Positions 43,308-50,569 of a stretch of 64,000 nucleotides of DNA are shown here, one piece after another. How positions within the stretch are numbered: the first letter of the stretch is position 1; each line of letters opens with the position of its first letter. The stretch is from Candidatus Limivicinus sp. Its GTDB lineage: Bacteria > Bacillota > Clostridia > Oscillospirales > Oscillospiraceae. A model generated the notes under the pieces. That model did no database searches, was not told the DNA's origin, and saw only the letters and a list, made by a program, of their open reading frames with translations. The DNA lies in contig JAZQCO010000084.1 in NCBI GenBank assembly GCA_045546335.1, forward strand, positions 564-64,563, in the 5' to 3' direction. A program made the translations under genes and the position numbers.

Positions 43308-43623
43308 GGAGAACGCGGTGCGGCACGTCGATTTTCGTGAGGCGAAGAGGCTGCTTGATACCCTCCCCGCCTGCGTGCTGCTGGACGTGCGCGAGGAAGA
43401 GGAATATATCACCGGCCACGCCGTCGGCGCGGAGCTGCTGCCTGTGGATGACATCACGCCCGAGAGCGCGGCGGCGCTGATCCCCGGGTATGATACCCCG
43501 GTGCTGGTCTACTGCCGCTCGGGACTGCGCAGCCGCCGCGCGGCGGAGATGCTCGCGGCGCTCGGCTATACGCGCCTGTACGACATGGGCGGCCTCGTCG
43601 GCTGGCCGTATGGCCTGGAATAG
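43282..43623 (+). CDS. rhodanese-like domain protein
   Basis: 113-aa product from the ATG at 43282, overlapping the previous gene by 26 nt. LLDVREEEEYITGHA and the active-site loop YCRSGLRS. Confidence 0.75.
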   Translation: MSSKLPSPEENAVRHVDFREAKRLLDTLPACVLLDVREEEEYITGHAVGAELLPVDDITPESAAALIPGYDTPVLVYCRSGLRSRRAAEMLAALGYTRLYDMGGLVGWPYGLE

Positions 43624-43633
43624 AGAAAAGCGG

Positions 43634-43662
43634 TTGACATTTTCGCGGAATCTTTGTACACT
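43634..43662 (+). promoter_or_regulatory. putative promoter of the GPH transporter gene
   Basis: TTGACA-17 nt-TACACT, about 45 nt upstream of the GTG start. Confidence 0.45.
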
Positions 43663-43706
43663 ATGAACAGCAGATTCTGAAAAAATACGAAAAAGAGGAT
43701 GAAGAC

Positions 43707-45230
43707 GTGAAGAAAATCACAAACAAGCTCCTGTGGATCTTTGCGGTGGGTCAGTTTGGCTGGAGCCTGCTCTCCGGCATCATCTCCACCTGGCTGGTGC
43801 ATCTCTATACCGGCTCGGCGGAGAAGTTCCTGGACACCAACGGCATCATGGGTCAGTTCATCTCCCAGAATCCCCTGATCGCCTCTCTGACGCTCTTTGG
43901 CATCATCACGGCGGTGGGGCGGCTCTTTGACGCAGTGACCGACCCGCTGATTGCGAGCTGGTCGGATCGCAGCAACTTCAAGGGCGGCCGCCGCATCCCC
44001 TTCCTGAAGGCCTCGGCGCTTCCCTTCGCGCTGCTGACCGCGGCGGTGTTTGTGCTGCCGAGCACAGGCTCCGTCACCACCAACAATGTCATCATCTTCG
44101 CGCTGCTGATGCTCTTCTATCTCGCCATGACCATCTACTGCACGCCCTACAACGCCCTGATCGCAGAGCTTGGCGACACGCAGGAGCACCGCATCAACGT
44201 CTCGACCTACATCTCCTTCACCTATATCGCGGGCTTCTCGCTTGCGACGATGGTGCCCTCGCTCGCCAACATCTTCCAGGGCGGCAAGGTGGCGGCAGTG
44301 CTCGCGCCTGTCGCGGCGGAGAAGGGGCTGAGCCTCGAGGAACTGATGGTGCTGCTCCAGGGCAGCGGCGACACGGTGGTCAAGATGGACGAGGTACGCA
44401 CGATCCTGAGCGCCGAGACGCTGAACCAGGTCGTCCTCGCACAGCAGAGCGCCATGCGCATCGCCATCGGCATTATGTGCGCGGTCGCTTTTGTGGCGTG
44501 CATGGTTCCCGCGCTCTTTATCAAGGAGCGCGACTACATCGACTCCAAGCCGAGCCAGACCCCGGCGTTCTCCTCGCTCTTCAAGACCTTCAAGAACGGA
44601 CAGTTCCGCCGCTTTGTGTACGCGGACGTGATCTACTTCTTCGCGGTCACGCTCTTCCAGACCGGTCTGGCCGACTTTGAGACGCGCCTGATGGGCATTC
44701 CCTCCGACAACACCTTCACCCTGACGGTCATTATGACGGTGGTGAGCCTGATGCTGTATCTCCCGGTCAACAAGCTCGCGCCGAAGCTCGGAAAGAAGAA
44801 GCTGATCGTGACCGGCTTCTTTGCCTACGCGGCGGTGTTCCTTGTGACGGCGCTGTGCGGACAGGGCTTTGTCTGGGGGCTGGTCGTCGCCATCAGCGCC
44901 GGTATCCCCATGGCGATTCTCGGCATCCTGCCCCAGGCCTGCGTCGCCGACGTGTGTGAGCTGAGCACGCTCGAGACGGGCGAGGATCGCAGCGGCATGT
45001 TCTTTGCCGCGCGCACCTTCGCCATGAAGCTCGGCCAGGCGCTCTCCATGGTGATCTACACCTCCGTCACCGTCAAGCATCTGGTGAACGGCGTCGAGAT
45101 GGTCGAGGCCGGGCAGTACCGCACGGTCGCCTGGATCGCCACCGTCACCTGTGTGATCGGCGCCTGCCTGTTCCTGCTGTATAACGAGAAGATGATCCTC
45201 TCGAAGATCGAACAGCTCAAGAAGGCGTAA
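43707..45230 (+). CDS. MFS/GPH-family glycoside-pentoside-hexuronide:cation symporter-like transporter
   Basis: 507-aa ORF with a GTG start and about 12 TM helices. FDAVTDPLIASWSDRS...GGRRIPF is the characteristic GPH loop 2-3 motif (D-x-x-x-D-P-x-x-G-x-x-x-D). Confidence 0.8.
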   Translation: MKKITNKLLWIFAVGQFGWSLLSGIISTWLVHLYTGSAEKFLDTNGIMGQFISQNPLIASLTLFGIITAVGRLFDAVTDPLIASWSDRSNFKGGRRIPFLKASALPFALLTAAVFVLPSTGSVTTNNVIIFALLMLFYLAMTIYCTPYNALIAELGDTQEHRINVSTYISFTYIAGFSLATMVPSLANIFQGGKVAAVLAPVAAEKGLSLEELMVLLQGSGDTVVKMDEVRTILSAETLNQVVLAQQSAMRIAIGIMCAVAFVACMVPALFIKERDYIDSKPSQTPAFSSLFKTFKNGQFRRFVYADVIYFFAVTLFQTGLADFETRLMGIPSDNTFTLTVIMTVVSLMLYLPVNKLAPKLGKKKLIVTGFFAYAAVFLVTALCGQGFVWGLVVAISAGIPMAILGILPQACVADVCELSTLETGEDRSGMFFAARTFAMKLGQALSMVIYTSVTVKHLVNGVEMVEAGQYRTVAWIATVTCVIGACLFLLYNEKMILSKIEQLKKA

Positions 45231-45262
45231 ATCTGCATTTGAGAAATACGTCGTTGTTTGCT

Positions 45263-45410
45263 GTAGGGGCGCTCCACGGAGCGCCCGCGCAAAACAAGGG
45301 TAAAGCTATAAAAATGATGGGCGAATTCGTGGCTTGTGTGATACGAATTCGCCCATCATTTATGAAAAAGTTTTGTGACTACCGCCGGGCGATTCGTGAA
45401 TCGCCCCTAC
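45263..45410. repeat. REP/REPIN-like repeat (family A, short variant, copy A2)
   Basis: Three parts: GTAGGGGCGCTCC-ACG-GAGCGCCC (45263..45286); AAATGATGGGCGAATTCGT...ACGAATTCGCCCATCATTT (45312..45361); GGGCGATTC-GTG-AATCGCCCCTAC (45387..45410). Lies between convergent genes. Confidence 0.75.
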
Positions 45411-45455
45411 AAAGCGAGCAGTCCGGATGCAACAATTTCTTTTGAGTCAGCCCTT

Positions 45456-46385
45456 TTACCCCACCGCGCAGTCGCCGACGATACGGTTCTTGCCGCTGGA
45501 TTTTGCCTGATACATCCGCTCGTCCGCGGCGGCGAACATGGCGCGCAGCGCGTCGTCATCCTTCGCATTGCCGTAGATATAGCCGATCGAACAGCTTGCG
45601 CGCTGGGGAGGGTTGCTGCGTGAGAGGACAGGCATACTGTCAACGAGAAGCTGCACCTTCGTGAGAAACTCGCTCTCGCTCAGCTCCGGCGCGAGCACCA
45701 GAAACTCATCCCCGCCGAAGCGGTAGCAGCGCTCCCGCCCAAACAAATGGGCGAGGCGGTAGCCGATGGTCTCAAGCACGACGTCGCCCTGATCGTGGCC
45801 GAACTGGTCGTTGATGGTCTTGAAATTGTCGATATCGAGCATCATCACAAAGAGCTTTTTGTGGCAGTAATAGGGAAAGTCCTGCCGCAGCGCGAGACGG
45901 TTGCGGATCCCGGTCAGCCCGTCGGTGAGAGAGGCCTCCTGCAACAGGCGGTTATCCTCCTGCAAGGTCTCAGTCAGCGAGCCGATGCGGCGCAGGGCGG
46001 CGAGCACGGTGCTCTTGAGCTCACAGACGAAGACCATGTCCACCACAATGCCGATCAGCGAGACGACGACCTTCTTCGTGTTGACCGGGGTGAAGGTGAC
46101 AAAATCGTTCCCGGTGGAGAAGAAGAACAGCGTGTACACGAACATGATGATTGCCGCGGTCAAACCGCCGCTGTAGCCGAAGGTGGCCGAGCTGACGACA
46201 AGCCCTGCGATCAGGATCATGTTGGGGTTTGGGATGTTGAAGTAATAGACCAGAGCGATCAGGACGAGCATCAGCAGCAGGCTGAGCAGTACCTCCTGCC
46301 AGAGGTGTAGCTGCATCTGGATCAGCGAGAGAAGCCCGGAATGCGCGTCATGGTCGGCGGGTCTTGATTCGCCGTTTGGATTCAT
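45456..46385 (-). CDS. membrane-bound diguanylate cyclase (GGDEF domain)
   Basis: 309-aa ORF. About four N-terminal TM helices, then DGLTGIRNRLAL, MLDIDNFKTINDQFGHDQGD and an intact RFGGDEF active site. Confidence 0.9.
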   Translation of the reverse strand: MNPNGESRPADHDAHSGLLSLIQMQLHLWQEVLLSLLLMLVLIALVYYFNIPNPNMILIAGLVVSSATFGYSGGLTAAIIMFVYTLFFFSTGNDFVTFTPVNTKKVVVSLIGIVVDMVFVCELKSTVLAALRRIGSLTETLQEDNRLLQEASLTDGLTGIRNRLALRQDFPYYCHKKLFVMMLDIDNFKTINDQFGHDQGDVVLETIGYRLAHLFGRERCYRFGGDEFLVLAPELSESEFLTKVQLLVDSMPVLSRSNPPQRASCSIGYIYGNAKDDDALRAMFAAADERMYQAKSSGKNRIVGDCAVG

Positions 46386-46424
46386 GTATGTTCACATTTC
46401 CTTTCAACAAATATCGTATTGTTT

Positions 46425-46453
46425 ACTATACCACACTTTGGTGTCTGTTTCAA
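46425..46453 (-). promoter_or_regulatory. putative promoter of the GGDEF gene
   Basis: Minus strand reads TTGAAA-17 nt-TATAGT with an upstream TGg (extended -10). Confidence 0.5.
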
Positions 46454-46492
46454 GCACTTCTTTTCCGCCTGCTTTGAATGCCGCGAAGGCTG

Positions 46493-46521
46493 TTGACGCG
46501 CCGCGTGCGGCGTGATAAAAT
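46493..46521 (+). promoter_or_regulatory. putative promoter of the ugd operon
   Basis: TTGACG-17 nt-TAAAAT. Confidence 0.5.
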
Positions 46522-46539
46522 GAGACTATGACAGAGTTC

Positions 46540-46561
46540 GCCCGCACTCGCGGGCTTTTTT
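46540..46561 (+). promoter_or_regulatory. terminator-like hairpin in the ugd 5' leader (possible attenuator)
   Basis: GCCCGC-ACTC-GCGGGC followed by TTTTTT. It sits between the -10 (46516..46521) and the AAGGAGG RBS (46566..46572). Confidence 0.4.
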
Positions 46562-46580
46562 ATGCAAGGAGGCAATCCCC

Positions 46581-47882
46581 ATGCGAGATACCGCACTTTC
46601 TCTCAAGCGTCCGGGCGAGCGTATGCGCATCGCCGTGGCAGGGACGGGATACGTCGGGCTCTCCCTCGCCGTGCTGCTCGCGCAGCACCATGACGTGACC
46701 GCCGTGACGACGACGCCCGCCAAGGCGGAGCGTATCAACCGTTTCCGCTCCCCGATCCAGGATGAATATATCGAGCGCTTCCTCGCCGAGGCGGAGGCGG
46801 GGGAGAGGACGCTCTCTCTGCGCGCGAGCACGGACGGCGCCGCCGCCTACGCGGACGCAGACTGCATTGTACTCGGCGTACCCACCAATTATGACCCCAA
46901 GACCAATTATTTTGACTGCTCAGCGGTCGAATCCGTCCTCCGGCTTATCAAGGACTGCACGGCGCAGCGCGAGGTCAAGCCCGCCGTCGTCATCAAATCC
47001 ACGATTCCCGTGGGCTATACCCGCCAGATCCGCGAGCGGATGGGGATGGACAACATCCTCTTCAGCCCGGAGTTCCTGCGCGAGTCCAAGGCGCTCTACG
47101 ACAACCTCTACCCCAGCCGCATCATTGTCGGCTGCGAGCCGGAGGAGGCGGAGACGGCGCAGGCCTTCGCCGCGCTGCTGCGCGAGGGCGCGCTCAAGGA
47201 GGAGATCCCGATGCTCTTCATGGGCTCGACCGAGGCGGAGGCGACCAAGCTCTTCGTGAACACCTACCTCGCGCTGCGCGTGAGCTACTTCAACGAGCTC
47301 GACACCTATGCGGAGACCAAGGGGCTGAACACCGCGCAGATCATCAAGGGAGTCTGCCTCGACCCGCGCGTGGGAGACTTCTATAACAACCCCTCCTTCG
47401 GCTACGGCGGCTACTGCCTGCCCAAGGACACCAAGCAGCTCCTCGCAAACTACCGCGACGTGCCGCAGAACCTGATCCACGCCATTGTGCAGTCCAACAG
47501 CACGCGCAAGGACTTCATCGCCGAGCGCGTCATGGAGATTGCCGGCACCTACGGGAAGAACGAGCAGTACTCCGGCGCGCGCGAGGCGAACATGCGCGAG
47601 ATCGTCGTCGGCGTGTACCGCCTGACGATGAAGTCCAATTCCGACAACTTCCGCCAGTCCTCCATCCAGGGCGTGATGAAGCGCATCAAGGCCAAGGGCG
47701 CAACAGTGGTAATCTATGAGCCGACGCTGGAGGACGGCACAACCTTCTTCGGCAGCCTTGTGGTCAACGACCTCGAGCGCTTCAAGGCGATGTGCGGCTG
47801 CATCGTCGCCAACCGCTATGACGCGGTGCTCGACGATGTGAAGGATAAGGTCTATACGCGCGATCTGTTCAGGAGGGATTGA
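46581..47882 (+). CDS. ugd: UDP-glucose 6-dehydrogenase
   Basis: AAGGAGG lies 8 nt before the ATG at 46581 (an alternative ATG at 46623 gives [14 protein letters not shown]). Rossmann motif GTGYVG and catalytic-Cys motif [10 protein letters not shown]. Confidence 0.9.
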   Translation: MRDTALSLKRPGERMRIAVAGTGYVGLSLAVLLAQHHDVTAVTTTPAKAERINRFRSPIQDEYIERFLAEAEAGERTLSLRASTDGAAAYADADCIVLGVPTNYDPKTNYFDCSAVESVLRLIKDCTAQREVKPAVVIKSTIPVGYTRQIRERMGMDNILFSPEFLRESKALYDNLYPSRIIVGCEPEEAETAQAFAALLREGALKEEIPMLFMGSTEAEATKLFVNTYLALRVSYFNELDTYAETKGLNTAQIIKGVCLDPRVGDFYNNPSFGYGGYCLPKDTKQLLANYRDVPQNLIHAIVQSNSTRKDFIAERVMEIAGTYGKNEQYSGAREANMREIVVGVYRLTMKSNSDNFRQSSIQGVMKRIKAKGATVVIYEPTLEDGTTFFGSLVVNDLERFKAMCGCIVANRYDAVLDDVKDKVYTRDLFRRD

Positions 47883-47883
47883 T

Positions 47884-48951
47884 ATGGGCAAGACCCCGGT
47901 CGAACTCAACGGCAAAACCATCCTTGTCACTGGCTCTCCCGGCTTCATCGGGGCGTATCTGGTGCTGCGTCTGCTGGGCGAGCTCAGCGGCGGCACGGTC
48001 ATCAGCCTCGACAATATGAACGACTACTACGATGTGCGCCTCAAGGAGTACCGCCTCGGCCTGATCGAGCAGGCGGCGCGCCGCTCCCCGGTGGAGCACG
48101 TCTTTGTGCGCGGCTCCATCGCCGACAAGGCGCTGGTCACGGAGCTCTTCGAGCGCTATCGCCCCGCCGTCGTGGTGAACCTCGCCGCGCAGGCGGGGGT
48201 GCGCTACAGCATCGAGCACCCGGATGTGTATATCGAGTCGAACATCATCGGCTTTTATACGCTGCTGGAGGCCTGCCGCCGCTATCCCGTGGAGCATCTG
48301 GTCTACGCCTCCAGCTCCTCGGTCTACGGCGGGAACAAAAAGGTGCCCTTCAGCGTGGAGGATCGGGTGGACAACCCGGTGTCCCTCTACGCCGCGACCA
48401 AGAAGAGCGACGAGCTGCTGGCCCACAGCTACGCCAAGCTCTATAACATCCCCTCGACCGGGCTGCGCTTCTTCACGGTCTACGGCCCCGCCGGGCGGCC
48501 GGATATGTTCTACTACTCCGCCACGCAGAAGCTCGCCGCCGGGAAGACGATCCAGATCTTCAACTACGGCAATTGCAGGCGCGATTTCACCTATATCGAC
48601 GACATTGTGGAGGGCATCCTGCGCGTGATGCGCGGCGCGCCCGAGAAGCGCAGCGGTGAGGACGGACTGCCCGTGCCGCCCTACGCGGTCTACAACATCG
48701 GCGGCGGACAGCCGGAGAACCTGCTGGACTTCGTCGCGACCTTGCAGGAGGAGCTGGTGCGCGCCGGGGTACTCCCCGCGGACTACGACTTCGCGGCGCA
48801 CAGGCAGCTTGTCGGGATGCAGCCGGGCGATGTGCCCGTGACCTACGCCGACAGCGAGGCGTTGGAGCGCGACTACGGCTTCACGCCGCGCATCGGCATT
48901 CGGGACGGTCTGCGCCGCTTTGCCGAATGGTATAGGCAGTACTATGCGTAG
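47884..48951 (+). CDS. UDP-glucuronate 4-epimerase (NAD-dependent SDR epimerase)
   Basis: 355-aa ORF. ILVTGSPGFIG, YASSSSVYG and YAATKKSDELLAHSYAKLYNIPSTGLRFFTVYGPAGRPDM, as in the Cap1J/GlaKP-type UDP-GlcA epimerases as recalled. Confidence 0.8.
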   Translation: MGKTPVELNGKTILVTGSPGFIGAYLVLRLLGELSGGTVISLDNMNDYYDVRLKEYRLGLIEQAARRSPVEHVFVRGSIADKALVTELFERYRPAVVVNLAAQAGVRYSIEHPDVYIESNIIGFYTLLEACRRYPVEHLVYASSSSVYGGNKKVPFSVEDRVDNPVSLYAATKKSDELLAHSYAKLYNIPSTGLRFFTVYGPAGRPDMFYYSATQKLAAGKTIQIFNYGNCRRDFTYIDDIVEGILRVMRGAPEKRSGEDGLPVPPYAVYNIGGGQPENLLDFVATLQEELVRAGVLPADYDFAAHRQLVGMQPGDVPVTYADSEALERDYGFTPRIGIRDGLRRFAEWYRQYYA

Positions 48952-50395
48952 GCGGACGGAGAATGTGCTGCTGCGGCACTGGGACTTTATCGTGCTGGAT
49001 ATCGCCTGCCTCCAGCTCAGCTTCTGCCTCGCCTACTGGCTGCTGCGCGGCTTCGGCGACCCCTACGGGGAGGAGGCGTTTCGGTATCAGGCGGCGGTGC
49101 TGACGATCTGCCAGCTCGTCATTATCCCGTTTTCGGGCGAGTACTATGGCATCGTGCGCCGCGACGGCAGCGCGGAATTTGGCTCGGTCGGAAAGTTTAT
49201 AGGCGCGACGCTGCTGCTGGCGTTGGTGTATCTGTTTATCGTTCACCGTTCAGTCTCGGCCTCACGCCTGCAATACGGCTTAACCGGCGCACTGTACGTC
49301 CCGCTGGATCTGCTGCTGCGCGGCGCCAACAAGCGGCGTATCCGGGGCTCACGGCACATGATCAGAAACCAGCGTACCCTGGTGCTCATCACCTCCGCCG
49401 CGCAGGTGGAGACCGCGATGGCAAAGCTTCACGGGGACAGGTTGAGCGACAACTACCGCGTGGTCGGGATCGTGCTGCTCGACGCGGCGGAGAATGGGCG
49501 CTTCGACAGCTACGGCGTGCCGGTCATGCCGCTTGACGACGCGGCAGTGCAGTTTATCTGCCACGGTTATGTGGACGAGGTGTTCCTGCTCCAGCCGGAG
49601 GATATCCCGGTGCCGAAGAGCCTTGTGGACACGATGATGGAAATGGGCATCAGCGTCAACTACTCCAACCCTCTCATGGAGGGCTTCGCGGAGATCAAGC
49701 GCCTCGGCGAGTATGAGGTGCTGACGAGCAGCGCGCATTTCGCGCCGATGGAGCGGCTGATGTTCAAGCGCCTGATGGATATTGCGGGCGGCCTGGTGGG
49801 CTGTCTGCTCACGGGCGTGCTGTTCGTCTTCCTCGCGCCGATCATCTATCATCAATCTCCCGGACCGATCTTCTTCGTACAGCAGCGCGTGGGGCAGAAC
49901 GGGAAGCTGTTCAAGATGTACAAGTTCCGCAGCATGTACATGGACGCGGAGGAGAGAAAGGCCGCGCTGCTCGCGCAAAACCGCGTGCAGGACGGCATGA
50001 TGTTCAAGCTCACGGACGATCCGCGCATTATCGGCAGCGAAAAGAAGGATAAAAACGGGAAACCGCGCGGGATCGGGAACTTTATCCGCAAGACGAATCT
50101 GGACGAGTTCCCGCAGTTCTTTAACGTCCTCAAGGGCGATATGAGCCTCGTGGGCACCCGCCCGCCGACGGTGGACGAGTGGAAGAAGTATGATATCCGC
50201 CACCGCATCCGCATGAGCGCGCGCCCCGGCATGACCGGGATGTGGCAGGTCAGCGGGCGCAGCGAGATCACCGATTTCGAGAAGGTGGTCGCCCTCGACC
50301 GCTACTATATCGAGAACTGGACGATCGGCATGGATATCCGCATCCTCTTCCAGACGCTCCTGCTGCCCTTCCGCCACGACGAGAGCGCGCTGTGA
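48944..50395 (+). CDS. polyprenyl-phosphate glycosyl-1-phosphate transferase (WbaP/CpsE-type priming sugar transferase)
   Basis: ATG at 48944 overlaps the epimerase stop. N-terminal TM helices plus a C-terminal bacterial sugar transferase domain (PGPIFFVQQRVGQNGKLFKMYKFRSM ... DEFPQFFNVLKGDMSLVGTRP ... RPGMTGMWQVSGR). Confidence 0.85.
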   Translation: MRRRTENVLLRHWDFIVLDIACLQLSFCLAYWLLRGFGDPYGEEAFRYQAAVLTICQLVIIPFSGEYYGIVRRDGSAEFGSVGKFIGATLLLALVYLFIVHRSVSASRLQYGLTGALYVPLDLLLRGANKRRIRGSRHMIRNQRTLVLITSAAQVETAMAKLHGDRLSDNYRVVGIVLLDAAENGRFDSYGVPVMPLDDAAVQFICHGYVDEVFLLQPEDIPVPKSLVDTMMEMGISVNYSNPLMEGFAEIKRLGEYEVLTSSAHFAPMERLMFKRLMDIAGGLVGCLLTGVLFVFLAPIIYHQSPGPIFFVQQRVGQNGKLFKMYKFRSMYMDAEERKAALLAQNRVQDGMMFKLTDDPRIIGSEKKDKNGKPRGIGNFIRKTNLDEFPQFFNVLKGDMSLVGTRPPTVDEWKKYDIRHRIRMSARPGMTGMWQVSGRSEITDFEKVVALDRYYIENWTIGMDIRILFQTLLLPFRHDESAL

Positions 50396-50405
50396 AAAGT
50401 TTAGT

Positions 50406-50554
50406 GTAAGGGCGATTCACGAATCGCCCTTGTCGAACAACAGGAAAGCAAGAAAAATGATGGGCGAATCCGTATCTTGTGCGATACGGATTCGCCCATC
50501 ATATACTCATTGCTGCACTGATGACCGCCGGGGGCGCTTTGTGATGCGCCCGAC
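50406..50554. repeat. REP/REPIN-like repeat (family A, short variant, degenerate heads, copy A3)
   Basis: Three parts: GTAAGGGCGATTC-ACG-AATCGCCCTT (50406..50430); AAATGATGGGCGAATCCGTAT...ATACGGATTCGCCCATCAT (50455..50503); GGGCGC-TTTGTGAT-GCGCCCGAC (50532..50554). Confidence 0.7.
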
Positions 50555-50569
50555 GGCGAAGACAGGGCA

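Noticed and set aside
46522-46580. A riboswitch (for example c-di-GMP) in the ugd leader.
   Set aside because: The leader is only about 55 nt and contains a single short stem, which is too small for any known riboswitch aptamer. It is retained only as a possible attenuator hairpin.
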